Positions 1 to 14,214 of a DNA stretch of 64,000 nucleotides are shown in pieces. The translations under genes and the position numbers were made by a program. Location of the stretch: NCBI GenBank assembly GCA_024704765.1, contig JAKMXF010000099.1, positions 610,419 through 674,418 of the forward strand. The letters are read 5' to 3'. A model generated the notes under the pieces. That model was not told where the DNA came from, made no database searches, and worked only from the letters and a program-made list of their open reading frames with translations. The stretch comes from Oopsacas minuta. Lineage: Eukaryota > Animalia > Porifera. The stretch's first letter is position 1. Each line of letters starts with the position of its first letter.

Positions 1-111
1 TCAACTCAAGCAAGTCAGTTTTACACTTAAATATCTCAAAAAGTTGAGACTAATTTGCCATGATTTCATGAAACTGATTTGTTTAAGTATACTAAATTTA
101 TATGTGAAGTA

Positions 112-1453
112 CAGGGTGTCTCAAAAGTTTTTCCGCCTCAGTACTTCGATTGAAGTCGTTATAAATCGAACAGTATTGTTTACTAACCGACCATTTTTCA
201 GATTATTATTAGCCTATAGTAGTCCAATACTATAATGAATACTTCATTACCTTATTTGATGATCTGTTTATATTTTCAATATTTTTTCTCAACTCTCACA
301 AATTTCATACTTGGATGCCATGAAACCGAGATTTGCTATTCGTGAGCGAGCGATTGGCATGATTGAAGCGGGTTCAACACAGAAATCAGTCGCCAATACT
401 CTTAGAGTCACAATTCTGACAGTTTAGAACTTATGTAAAAGGCATAGAGCTGGATATTTGCCTGATGACAAGCCCCGGTCTGGATGTCCGACGAAGCTTT
501 CCCTTATTCCGAAAATTGTAATTCGAAAATCAATCGGGAAACGCCACAATTCAACCCCGAAATCTTGTGAAATATATCTCATCTAAGTCGGTGACCGTTA
601 GTAAAGGCATAATTCACCCTTATTTAAGCGATATAATCGGAGCGAAAGCCTATAAAGACCCTCATACCCGAAATTGACTGAAAAACAAAGGGTAAAGAGG
701 CTAGAATTCTGTCAAGAGCGCAAAACATGGACTAGTCGTTATTGGGAAAGAGTTCTTTTTAGTGATGAAAGCCCTTTTGAGCTTTTCCATCCGACTAATA
801 GGCAGAATGATCGTGTTTGGGACATTAATTCGCATAACATTACCCCAGTTGAATCAGTCAAAAACCCCCCGAAAATGATGGTCTAGGGAATGATGAGCCG
901 GTCAGGGCTATCAGAACTACACTTCATCTACCCAAAACGCTCAGTGAATACTAACTACTATATTAATGAAATCCTGGAGAAGTGTTGTCTCCCTACCTTT
1001 AAGCGTAGAAAGACTAGAGCCCCACTTACCCAAAGGAAAATGTGTCGAAAGATGTCCGAGACAATTTTCATGCAGGATAGCGTCCCTGCCCATACAGCCA
1101 TAAGGACTCAGAAATGGCTTTCAGAGCATCTACCTGGCTTTTGGGGAGAAAGATGTTTGGCCTAGTAACTCCCCAGATTAAAATCTCATCGAAAATCTTT
1201 GGTCTATTATGCAAGCAGAGCTAGACAAGAGAAAGCCCGCTACAAATTTAACACAGCTCGGAAATATTTGGAAAATATATGGAATGGGGTTAGCCCGTCG
1301 ATACTTGAGAATTTAGTTGATGGGATGCCAAGTCGAATTAATTCATGTATAAAACTTAATGGTGAATATATAGGTAAATAATTAGATGAATCTATCTAAG
1401 AAATTCTATATTATAGTGGTATTTATAAGAGGAAAGACTTTGGAGACACCATG
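112..1453 (+). mobile_element. Tc1-like (DD34E) DNA transposon with degraded transposase
   Basis: TIR CAGGGTGTCTCAAAAGTTTTTCC at 112 matches GGAAAGACTTTGGAGACACCATG ending 1453 (3 mismatches), flanked by TA at 110-111 and 1454-1455. Broken frames from ATG 320 to about 1378 contain VLFSDESPF, FMQDSVPAH and WPSNSPD*NLIENLW. Confidence 0.93.
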
Positions 1454-4400
1454 TACTCCTATTCAGATGCACCAGTTACTTTTAGCAAAAATTTATATTT
1501 ATGAACATATTAATTCATTTTCAGAGACGTCCGTATCTATTCTTTCGAATGGCCCTAGAATACTACATTCTGATCATGGAAAGTTATTAAAATTCACTGT
1601 TGAATTACTGCTGGTCGAATATTCACCTAACTTCACACTCGTAGCGACATCTGTATTTGAACATGTAAGGAAAGAATGGTGTAATTCCAACTTGTATAGG
1701 AAGCTAAATTGTAAACATGTTGCAAAGCGAAATTTGCAAAAGAACATGGAGGAAAGAATTATGCAATTCCAATATAATAAGAATCTGAAAAAATGTTGTA
1801 CTCCGAAATCTGTAAACTAACATCGAATGGCAGAATGGTTCAAATCCAACATCTATAACAAACTGTGATGTAAGAATGTTGTACATTGACATCTTACAAT
1901 AGCATAGAAGGGACGAATGGGGCGAATGGGGGCTTCAAAACTGTATAAGAGATTGATACAATAAATATTGTTTGCAAAATATGGAAAATATATACTGTAA
2001 GAAAGGGGCATTTGAAAACTGTATCAGAAACCCAAATATATATGTTGTATTGCGAAATCTGTTTAAGAACCTCGAAATATGACAGGCGCACATCCAAACG
2101 GATTTTCAATTGCAATGAAAGAACGCACTTAATAAATCATGTGTTTTTTTAATTTTCATAACAGCTATAGTCTTGAAAGTCTTAATTATGAACAACACTT
2201 CAAGCCTTATATAACTCCATTCAAAGTTAGACCAAAATTATTCTCAATGAGAGTTTTCAATCTTTGTTGGCTATGGCTACACTTTGACAAAATATGTATC
2301 ATAACCATATCAAAATCAACTAAATTGTACAGGTTTGATTTGGATAGACATGATGGTCAAGGTTGTTCAAATTGGTCAATACAGGACCGAAATATCTCTG
2401 GTGACAGGCTGGGCTGCTAAAGCAAATACCACTGCACCGCTTGAGAAACCCTGTAATACATCACAATTCTCTAATAATATACTCACATGTAAGCATCCGT
2501 GAAAACAAAACTTTACCCAACATTTTGTTGTTATCCATCTATTTTTAGTGCTACTAATCAGAACATTCCCAAATTGTATAATATGATAACCAACCATTTA
2601 TGCAGGTTGGAATGAGATGAATAGGTTAACATTACATGAATAATCACACAGAGACAAATCACATGGATTCATGTAAAAACTTGACTACATGCATATATAC
2701 AAGGTGTAGAAATATACAGCTATAATAGACAATAGGATAATAAGTGAGAAATAGCTAGTTCTGTCTGTTCTGTTTCTTCCTAGACAAGTGGGAATTACTC
2801 GAAGTAGAAAGGTTCATGCTGAGTGGACCAACGAGAATAATTTCTAAAGATAACTTTGTTATCAAACGTAGAGATGTAGACGAGTAAACAGAAGTAAGTA
2901 TGTGTTATTGCAGAGTTCCTTCCTTAGCATTCCACTATTCGCTTGTATGAGTCGAATAGGATGACTGGCTTATTATGATGGCAAGCCTACCACATGAATT
3001 TCAATCTTTCCTATATTTTATAGAATTCAAGATAGTGATTTTCCATAGGGCTGGTAATGTTAGTGGTCTATTCGGTTCCTGCTGGATAGTATGCGTAAGT
3101 TATCTCAGGGGTAGCTGTTCAGGCAGAAATAACCCAATAAATTGTTCGATGAGGAGATGTGATGATTTTAGAAATCTGTGCTATGATTGGGTTTGGACCA
3201 TGGCTACATCGAATAATAGCAGAGGCTCTCTGGCTTTGGCTCGTGTTATTCGTGTGCGATTTAGAATGTAAAGTACGCGATATTTAGGATGCTGGACTAA
3301 AATGCACTTCCAGGTGATGTAGTTAGAAGAATTAGAGTATACCAGATTAACATAGATCTGTTTTGAGCTATACATATCTTTGCATAAGTAATATTTGATT
3401 TTGTACATCCATCATGTCTGTATATATATAGAAGTGATCCGCGAATGTGTTGTCAGTAAAGTAGGTGCCGTTATGATTGTTGATGAGACTAACAATAATG
3501 AAGAGAAGCACAACACGCTTCAATTTACAGATTTGATATTTGAGGGATAATGTGGGCACATTTAACAGACATGTTTCTAGTGTACCAGTTATATTCCTAT
3601 TATTCGATAATTTGTTCACTAAAATAACGAAACTCTTTTAGTAGGTGATAGAATTACTAAAGAGATCATAAATACTGTAGCAACGGGCAAATACATATGG
3701 TATGTATTGTATAAACCAGGAGATGATGGTTAAGGTTTGAAGGTGTCATGACAAATTTAACATATGTAGATATGTAATAGAGTACTTTAGAAAAATAGGA
3801 GGATAGAATAACTCACTAATTAGCACCACTAATGGAATCTTCCAAACCCCCCATAGAATACAGAAAGATCAGGCTTACTCGAAAACATCAACAAGTATTC
3901 TGATAGGATGGAACTATGGAGTATAAACTGTAATAGACATAGTAGAGTGTATTTACAATTAATTGTCTCCTTGCTATCAAATATACCTGAATATTCAGCC
4001 TCAAGAATCCATGATAAAACCATGTGAACTATAATCCACATCTCAGCTATGAATTTCTAGGAAACAGGGTAGGGGACAGAATTATATGTATACAGATATA
4101 ATAATAAATTGCATGCTTTCCAACTATCCGCCATCAAGGAATTAGATTTATGACACAGGGAAAATATACTAAATCCAAGGAAAATATTGGAGATTGGGTG
4201 ACTGAGTTATTTGTGTGATTGTTAGCATTCCCAATACTCCAGAGGCGTGGGCGTAGCCTCGAGATGTGAATTGGTAGGGCCTTGGAGTCATGTTAACAGG
4301 CATGAATTCTTCTGTTAGTCTCTTTGGAGAGAGTAAAATTAACGGTCAGGCGATGGCCTAACCAACCCAATCGATGGTGGCGCCTATTAGAAGTTTCTGT

Positions 4401-4685
4401 GGTTTCTGACTGTACCCATGTGGTTTACAGCTACCCCTAGCAACCCCTAACTTCGCCTACCCTAGCCCTAGTATATATAATTCTCGGAAAAAATATAAAT
4501 CCAAGAATTTCAATAAACATCTTCAGGATAGCTGTTACTCGGATGGTGGATAGGTATGATATGGTAGATACATCGAAAAAAGAAGAATTTATATGTATAA
4601 TTCAGTAGTCCACACGATAGAAAATGTTCAAGTTTATGATGTACAAGTAGGTGGATATCAGTTACTCATCATCAAGTTTCATTTA

Positions 4686-5992
4686 CAGGGTGCGTCTAAG
4701 TCCTGTCCCATAGCTAAATATCTTTACTTTCAACAAACACTTGTTATATTTCTAAAACTTGTACTACTGATTAGAAAGACCAATGTCTTCATATATACAC
4801 ACAAGTTACTCAATATACCCTCCTTTGTTTTGAATAACTTTTGATAATCTATCAGGTAGTACCTCTACAGCAGCACGGAGTACTTCTTATGGTATCTTCT
4901 CCCATTACTCTCTCAACTTTCGCTTTTAAGCCTCGACATTTTTGTGATAGTTAGACCAAACTCTAGTTTCAAGAATAGGCCATATGGAATAGTCCATTGG
5001 GTTGAGGTCTGGGTTATAGGGTGGCCATTGTTCTTTCTAAATTAATCGTGGAACATTCTTATAGAGCCAGCTTTGAGTTACATTTGATGTGCGACCTGGT
5101 CCCCATCCTGCTGGAATATAAACTGCTCACCATTAAAGATGTTCCGCTAAGGTTCTTCACTACGGGCTCTAAAATTCGGCTACAGTATGTCGTGGAGTAA
5201 ATTTTCACCCGTGATGGAGCAAATACCAGAGGCGTCCAACCCACAGACGATATGCCGGGCCAAACCATTACTCAGAGTGGCTTTTGGACTCGAGGAACTT
5301 ACTTTAGTGCTGGATCGATATCAGAAGGCTTGTGAGATATGATCTTGTCGTCCTGAGGGTTCAACACCTCCCCAATTGTGAAAATCTTTTCAAGAGAGAA
5401 TATTATCTTTCCAAGGTCTTGGGTAACGTGCCTACGGAGTTGTCCCTTTGATCTCTGTAGCCTCTTCGCATTTACCTGTTCAGTTAGGAAGTGAACTTTT
5501 CTTCTTTTGAATGAATGCATTCCAAAATTAATATTTACAACTTTCCGGACCGAAGACTCGGAGACTTTAAGATATTTAGCCATTCTTCTCATCGAACGAC
5601 GGGGATTCCTACGAATGCGTTCACGGACAACCTTTCGGAGTCCTGGAATTGTCTCTGTACGTGGCCGACCACTTCTCGCCCTGTCTACAACACATCCATT
5701 TCCCTCGTATCTACGAATAGTACGGTAGACGAACTTTCGCCTATTATTAGGTAAATTTGAGAGCCTCAAAATTTCTTTCTGAGTATTCTTATTTGAATAA
5801 TTCAATAATAGCTGACCCTTCCATTTCCATCGAGCCAAAATGAAATAAAACTTCAACAATAATTTATTATGAGAAGTAAAAAAACAGTTAGACAATAAAG
5901 TAATTTAAATATCCAAATATGACCACGGATAATCACTTGGAAGAAAAATATAACATCTTGAAGTTATGGGACTGGACTTAAAACACACCCTG
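4686..5992 (-). mobile_element. Tc1/mariner superfamily element, maT/DD37D-like, degraded
   Basis: TIR CAGGGTGCGTCTAAGTCCTGTCCCATAGCT at 4686 vs AGTTATGGGACTGGACTTAAAACACACCCTG ending 5992; TA on both sides. Minus-strand ORFs 5299-5895 (HTH, RSGRPRT) and 5059-5268 (MVWPGISS); WPPYNPDLNPMDYSIW near 4980-5025 has Asp as the third catalytic residue. Confidence 0.88.
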
Positions 5993-7042
5993 TATACGTC
6001 ATCATATATCTAGTAACAGATAGTCTTGTAACTCTCAATCAGCCAATTCAAATTCCCCGGTTTTCAGTCGAGTTATTGCTAAATATTTCCATTAATACTC
6101 CGTCGATCCTATAGTTAGTACATCAAATTAAATATCTTTACCAACAAACCCTAAATTATACCCATACTCACCTAATTTAATTATATTCCATATTTCAGTT
6201 TATACATTCACATATATATCACAATCGAGACACAATTATGATAGTCAGTTATTCGTAGGGTCCCTATTAGGATATAAGTTCATGCATCAATACAATAAGA
6301 ATACATATTTATGCCCTAGAGTAGAGCTATGATTATCTTTATAACTCATGGAATGAATTGAAGGCAGTATTTACTATTACAGATAAGAAGTTTCGTCAAA
6401 TCACTCAACTCTTACTTTTGAAATGTCTCAATTATTCCTCTATCAGATCAAACTCATCAAGTTGATCTGGATTCTCTTGTTGACTGGTTTCTGCATCAGG
6501 AGGTAGAACTGTTTGATATTGTACGATTTTAGAGGGTTACTAATAGGCGAAAATCACTATACTCCCCCAGACTGCTGCATATATGTCTTGTTTATAAACA
6601 ATTTTGCTTCTTATGCTCATTGATTTCGGATTGATTAAAATATCGTTATACTATATAATATCATCATCCAACCCGTCACTTCAATGATTGCTAAAAAGTG
6701 GTGTTGAAAGCTCACCTAAAGTGTGATTCATTGTCATTATGTCAATTGAAATTGGATCAGATCAGTCGTTTTATTCCCCATAGTTAACATTGTGTCTGTA
6801 AAACAAAGTGGAGAGGCTATGGCCGCCTCAGCCGCTGCAGTTCCGATACCTATGAATGGAATTAATAATCATACTCATATCTGTATATCAGAGGTTCAAT
6901 AAGTCTTACAGGTCATGTTATATCTCAGGAATTAGTCTAGTATTATATCTACCTTACATATATTATAAGCCCATATAGTTAAACTTCATATAGTGAAGTT
7001 TCAAGCCTATTCAATACAAATTATGATTTATTGAGATAATTA

Positions 7043-8156
7043 CGTGCAGTCAATTCATACCTATTGTTCAATTTATGGCTTCAAAGGAGGATAACTTCAA
7101 CCTCAAATGGCGAGCTTACATAGAGTTTCGCATAATTCTCAAGATCCAGCCCGTACAGATCTTCAGCTAGTTCTAGGAGATATTATGCATAGATTGTCCT
7201 TCCAGGTTTACTGTAAAGCGATGGGCTTCTCGTTTTAGGTCTGGTGATGCTGATGTACAGATTTGCCTCGATCTGGAAGACTGGTATCCGCCATCATTTC
7301 AGAGAATGTCTTACTCATTGAATGTATCGTCATGGAAGACAAGTGCATTAGTGTCAATCAGTTAGAACAAAGTATGGAGATTTCATCGGGAGCTATTCAT
7401 ACGATTCTGAAGACTGAGCTTGGCTACCGATCGATTTGTGGGAAATGGGTCCCGCATAAACTCAGTGAGAATCGAAGGTTGGCACATCTGAATATTGCCA
7501 TGAACTCTTCAAAACTTATGAGAAGTGCGTTTCTAACGCCTAAAAGATGATTTCTGGTGACGAGACGTGGGTATACTATTCAATACCATATAGCAAGTAT
7601 AAGAAGCGATCATGGGTGAGGGGCGATGAACACCCGGCGAAAATTCCTAGGCCCGACTTCCGAAAACCCAACATTATGTATGCCATCTTCTTCAGTAGTC
7701 ATGGAATTGCCTTGCAATTACCTTATGAGAGTGGCCGGGATGTTACTGCTACCTTCTTTACAGTGCAAGTGCTACCTAACTTGATAAAAATATAGAAAAG
7801 TACCGCCCCAAAACCGGAACTCGATAAATGAAGATTTTAATTGATAACGCCACTTGCCATACAGCTTAGCTAACCGAAGATTTCTTGAATGTAGAAGGCT
7901 TCAAAATACTTCACATCCACCATACTCATCAGACCTAGCTCCTTATGTTTTTGGCTATTCCCCAAGCTTTAAATCTGCCTGCAAGGTAAAGATTTTAACA
8001 CATTACAAGCACTCGGAACGGGCTTGTATCAGTACTCCAAATCCATCCCCAAAGAAGAGTACAGAAATGTGTTTTACGTGTGGGTGGAAGTTTAAAACTT
8101 TGTGTATCTGCAGGAGGGGATTACTTTGAATATTTAATGTAGTGAATTAGTGCATA
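7043..8156 (+). mobile_element. mariner (DD34D) element, degraded
   Basis: ORF fragments 7263-8129 with KWVPHKL, ISGDETWVYY and HPPYSSDLAP. Ends inferred from a weak ~19-bp inverted repeat (CGTGCAGTCAATTCATAC / GTAGTGAATTAGTGCATA) next to TA, so boundaries are approximate. Confidence 0.8.
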
Positions 8157-9173
8157 TAGCGTTTGTAAATGTTCCATGATATCACCCGCATTACTTATTG
8201 AACCGCCTAGTATGACCAACAATGAACATTCTATGCAATTCCCAATGAAGTTCATATAAATGGCATCCAATATAATTGGAAGACGTATTCTTCGCTGAGC
8301 ATTGGATTGTTCTAAATCTTTCAGTTTGAATTTTCTAATGTCAGTATGAATAACCAAGTTGATTTTGGGGATTATTTCTAAATCAGATATACATTATTCA
8401 CCATTTAGCATGGGATGGTCAGGTACTTCACCCCAAACGTATTCAGTAGTGAATATCTAAATGGATTAATGATTATGAAAAATTATGAGTTAGGTGTCTA
8501 CATTTTCACAATTTTGATTCATTCAATATGTATTACAATAGCCAAAAGATCATCTTATGTAGGTGGATTTGGGAACAAGGGTTAGCTAAAACGCTACCTC
8601 TCTGTATGCACGGTCCCCTCAATTTCGAAATATACTCCTAAACCTAGGTATGATAACACATTAATTCAGTATAAGTGCAGTTTGTCTCGCAGAAAATTAC
8701 AACAATATTTGAAACAGATACTAGTCAACAAATACAAAGTGAAATGGAGAACAAAAAACTTGTAAATATGTTTGTCATGAATGACAAATCAATAATCAGG
8801 AAATAGAATGGGTAATGTATCAAGATTATTCAAACTATGTAGGAAATCATGTTCTATCTAAAAGTGAGTAGGGATTACATTGTATGATGGAGTTACATTT
8901 GTATGTGAAAACATGAATATACACTTCAAGACAGAGTTAAATCTAAAAGTGAGTAAGGCAATATATACTTGCAGACTGAGTTACTTCTAAGGTTGGTAAG
9001 GGAATAGACACTGTACATTTAAAGGTGGGTAACGGAGCATCTGTAAATGTGAGAACATGTCACCACAAAATTTTCATAATAAAAACTCAAATGAGGATCA
9101 GTCGAATTTAATCTTTTATATATTTTGGCCATTCGCCAGGTCTGGTCAATCAATCGAATGTTTTCAGGTGTTT

Positions 9174-9240
9174 TATTGATTCACACATATATATATATAT
9201 TATTGATTCACATATATATATATATATTATTATTATATAA
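9174..9240. repeat. Duplicated TATTGATTCAC+(AT)n microsatellite unit
   Basis: Two adjacent copies of TATTGATTCAC followed by (AT)n, then TAT repeats. Confidence 0.7.
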
Positions 9241-9519
9241 TTATATAATTATGTAATCACTAATTATTATTGACAATTCCCGAGAGCTTGTTTTTAATAT
9301 TCTATACCCATTCTAAGAATATAAATTTATATCTGTAACAATTTATTTACCGAAATTATGGTTTTCTAGTGATGTAATGTTGTTTGTGTACAATGAATCT
9401 AATTTACTAACTTCATAAATCAATATTCCTATTGATAAACAATGGATATTGAGTTTCATATATTCCTTCCTTTTGGTATTTCTGAATCCTTTGAAAGTTT
9501 CCAAAAGTATAATTTATAC

Positions 9520-9771
9520 CAAGGTTGCAACCGAATAGTTCAATATTCGGTTCAACTGAATATTATTTGGCAAATAGTTCAATATTCGGTATTCGGTTGG
9601 CCCCAATCAAATATTATCAGTAATATTCGGTTAATTTAACCGATCATTATCAGTATTCGGTTGGGCAAACCGAATAATATCAGTATTCGGTTTGGCAAAC
9701 CGAATAATATCAGTATTCGGTTAGGCTACTATTCATGAATACTGATATTCGGTTTGAGCGGTTCAACCTTG
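9520..9771. mobile_element. Non-autonomous MITE (hAT-like termini) with internal palindromic 30-bp repeats
   Basis: Ends CAAGGTTG...CAACCTTG. Three 30-bp units at 9631-9720 (first degenerate); the two intact ones contain AACCGAATA-7 nt-TATTCGGTT. No exact TSD in register. Confidence 0.6.
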
Positions 9772-12700
9772 TATATACCAATTGAAACTTACCACCCTAA
9801 ATGAGGGAATTTATAATCAGTTTTCCTCAAATTGAAATCGTTATATAAGTATACTGATTGTTCTTTGTAATATACTGTAATACTGGATAATTGAGTATAA
9901 TCTTTCTCAGCGTATATGGGTTAGTAGAAAACAATGACTTTTTCTAAATTTCTGAATACAAACAATCTCCTCTAAAATCCTGCCAGCTTTAGAATTTTTA
10001 AATAACAAATGAAATTGTTGGGAGAAATTGTCAGCAACTCCAAAGAAGAACTGCTAGTTACGTCTCTGCTATTTATATATTTGTCTAAGATATGTGTCAA
10101 TTCTTGATCATAGTGTGGAAATATGAGCCAACGTTCACTAGGTTTCTACAGTTTCCAAAGGAGTAATTGTATATACATATATATACATTCTTCTGAATAA
10201 GTTAATATACTCCGTATTGAATATACCCTGCAAACTAACTACATATTGGTTTCTCCCGTTCCCTTAACACGTGTAACCTGGTCCAAAATCTGAATATGTT
10301 GTGAGTCCTTTTGTTAAATTATCTATAGATATCTTATGTTTGATTATTTATCATATAGGTTCGCGCTATCAATATTTATGGATCTGGACCATTTTCAGAT
10401 GTAGTCTCTATATATTTTAGTAAGTATTTTCTGGACAGATCTTATCTCTCTTTAGGAACTTACTTACCCCTAACAAGGCACATTTAGAACCGGACCGCTT
10501 GGGCTGTCTTAAGCATTTCACCTACTCTGCTGCTCAGTGGCGGATAGGAAATGCTGATTGTGGGATAATCATTCAGCAGGGCTCTAGGGGTGCTTTATGC
10601 CGCATTGGGGACCAGGAGCAAATCCCCTGGGCCACATGCCCTATAACTAATACATTAATTGACTTTCTGCGGTCAGGTAAATTCAAATCTCGAAATATTT
10701 CTGTTAACTACGTAATATTCATTTCTTTGATTGTTTTCGATTGCCTAATCGTGTGTATATGCTAAGGTTGCATACATTTACGCTGAGTAATATTCAAAGA
10801 AATTACGTAGCTGCGTAAAGTATAGCAATATTCCAAATTGCTAGACATATCATAAACTTTATATCTGTTGTCCTGTTTATAATACTATACGTACCTACAG
10901 TACAACCCACACCACTTCCTCCGGTACATCCTTTCAAGGTACATTTAAACACAAGATTGAGGAATATAACAAATATTATGGCCATGATGCAAATTTTCTC
11001 ATATTATTAATCCTATTATCACAGCCTTTTACAAATGTTTCAAATGGATGCTAGAAATTTCGTTTAACTCACAGTTTGGAGTAATCGAGTTTGTAATTTG
11101 CGCTCCCTTTGCGTGGGCCAGTTTTCGGAGCGGGTTGCTCCACTGCTTAAACAACTGGAAATTTTATTCTGATTTCGAGAAGAACCAGCTGGACCAACAT
11201 GCTGGGAGCGCAGCTTAAGTATTTTGGTCATATTTACGCAATTCAAAATATTTCCCTTTAAGTGGTGACAATATGAAAAATCATATGATATATCATATAG
11301 ATCCGGATTAGAAATCAAACTGGAATCTACATACTCAATTACTCATGTCAAACTGTTTAACGTATTATTATATATGCCAAAGTTTTAGAATTTATCAAAA
11401 GTGTCACCCTTTTATCGTAATATTCGTTCTCAGCATCAGATTATCAGCGTTTGCTATGCATATTGGCCACATTTGGACGGATCTTTTCCATATGAACGAA
11501 TCTTTTCGTCAGGAATGTGACAACACTACCATTGTCAAATTGTCTGCGAAACCAATCTAGTGGCCCTTGTTCCACGCCGCCAGGCTAACTGAGCCTAGTT
11601 ATCCACATATACATCCTCCAACAAAACTAGGGGTCGGCAAACTTTAGGGATTGATCGCCGCATTTAACATTGTGCCACTTTCAAAGGTCCGAAAAATTTT
11701 AAAATTGTATACTACCCTCAATTTGCCTTAAGAAGCTGAGTTATTGCCATTTGCAGCAAACCTTTCTCACATTTATTTAATTCTAGCTGTATTGCTTTGT
11801 AAACGGGTTAAATTAGTTACTTTCAAGCTACAGTGGTTTTAGAATCTCTTCATTACAACGGGAGTTTCGTTATATCCGACTTAGTTATACGAGTTTGCTT
11901 TAGACTATGTTGTATCCAACTTATACACATGTAAATAAATTTGTTGAGTTATTTATGTATACAAAGTTTATAGTAAAGTAATTTTACCCAATCTCAAAAT
12001 ATTGTTAGATACTTGCTAACAATGGGTATACTGGAGTAGCAAACTACGCTGAATCCAAATTTCACATTTTCAAGTTTTTGTATATTATATTTTTAATCTA
12101 AGCACAAAGTGCTGACCCTTGTATCAATAGTATTCGAAAGCTGTGCAATGCTAGCTAAAGAAGCTTGCTTCTAATCATAGAGGGTGGGCCCAAATACCGA
12201 GTTCAGGACAATTCGCTTCAAATGTGCATAATCTTTACGTGAGATTAACAAAACTTAATATTTTAGTGCTGAAAAAGCGTATAAAACAGATCTATTATTA
12301 TCCCAAGTTTATAGTCTACAATTATTAGAGCATTTCTCTGAGATGAACACGATCAAACATTTTCCATTTTAATATTCAAATTGGTCACGGAGCTTCAACT
12401 TGATAGAAATCCGTTTATCCAATCCTAACGAAAGTTTTTATGAACGCAATTATTACACAATAGTCCTGAAAGTTATTGTCAGATCAGTATGGCCTATTTA
12501 TAGTATATAGCCGACGTCCCTTACCCTTTTAATACATTTTTGTTATGAATACTATTTTCAATGTGATGTAATCGTGAATAGCCACATATGGGTCTATTTA
12601 TGATTACTTCACATTCTTAAAAATTATCATATCATTATGTATTCCATGTACCTACTAAAGATTGGGTATGCTGATTTGACAATAACTCACGAATATTCAA

Positions 12701-12941
12701 GTATAAATGGATATTCGGAATTATACTCAAGAATGGCCAATACAAGCTATCAAATATTGGGATATTAACCTTCTAAACGCTTACTAGACAGATCTTTTGC
12801 ATATATGGTTCTACATATCCGCAATGCATTTATTCGTTCAAAAATGCACCAATCCTGCAATACAAGAGGCCAATACACATAAATCTGCCGACAACAACAT
12901 ATCTACCCCAAAATTCACAATTACTCTTCGGTCTTATGTAT

Positions 12942-13080
12942 GGAAGTCCGACTAAACGTTCCACGACAAAATGTTCCACGACAAAATGTTCCAGTGACAA
13001 ATGTTCCACGACATTTCGCTCCACTTTTGATTGGTCAATGTTTGTTAATAATTTAACAGGTTTTGAATGGCTAAATAATT
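12942..13080. repeat. Left MULE TIR with ~15-bp tandem subrepeats (GTTCCACGACAAAAT)
   Basis: About 4 subrepeat copies followed by unique TIR sequence CATTTCGCTCCACTTTTGATTGGTCAATGTTTG, the reverse complement of about 17437-17469. Confidence 0.9.
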
Positions 13081-14214
13081 GAACTAATTTCTTGTCTGAA
13101 TTCGTTTGGTTAATTCTATCTTAAATAAAATTGGTTTACCAGTTGCTGTGTGGAATTTGCTAAATAGATTAACTAAGTAGCTTATATAGATTCATTTAGA
13201 TTGTGGTCGAAAATATACATAGTATATTATTAGAGGATGACATATATAATATTATGTAGTAGGTATTACAAACTGGTATAGCCTCAAGAGCAGTTGGCTA
13301 GATCTTATTGCATTTGTTTCAAACAATTTTAGCGTCCTGGCGGATTCAGTGGGTGCTAAAACCTGTTTTTTGAGCCCGCTTATTTGTCCTGGTTGAATTC
13401 CAAATTTCCAATAGACATTAACATTAATTTATTTCAGAATTACAGACACCCCATTATTCCGACTTCCAGCCATTTATTAGTACCAAATTATATTGATAAC
13501 CCCGAAATTACGGCCATTAACCTGAATCCAAGGGTGACCGTAATTCAGATGTTCCACTGTATATATATGTGTGTGTGTGTTCACTTGAAATTACTTCCTT
13601 GTTGACACCTTTGGACTTTGGAGGGGTGAAGATCAGATTTGGCATGTATACTCGCAATTAGATCTAGATGTGCACGGTTATCGAAGTGCTGTGCAGCACG
13701 CCCTGTGTTGGTTTTCCCCTTTGACTAAAAGCATTGTTTATTGATTATATATGTATACCGCCCACCGGAACCACATACGATGCAACAAAGCTGCGTCTTG
13801 TAATGTTTGTTTTATTTATGTTTGCAATATTTTGTATAAACGAGCGAGTTTCGCCTGCGGTTTACGATCACGTTATTAGGGGGAAACCAGGCCTGACTAA
13901 GCCAATGTAGAGATGGCCAATTAGAAATGTTTTAAGTTCATATTTCATTGCTTTTGTCGAGATTACTGAACCAAAGCTCTTTATAAATCCTAGTTTCCCA
14001 GTTTAAATATGACTATTTGTATTATTGATAAGTAACTTACAAGAAATATAATTGATTAATTAAAGACTTATCTAATAACAATAGGAAACTAAACAAAACA
14101 AATAGAAACTAAAAACTAAACTATGTTCTACTTGGGTACAGCTACCACATCTCGACCACTGTCCACTTCAATTGGTAGCTATACCGTCAGGAATTAGTGA
14201 AATCCGGAGAGAGG

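Noticed and set aside
12950-13020. Regular short repeats (also 17470-17570 and 9631-9720) as a CRISPR array
   Set aside because: No unique spacers and no cas genes; they are TIR/MITE subrepeats in eukaryotic DNA.
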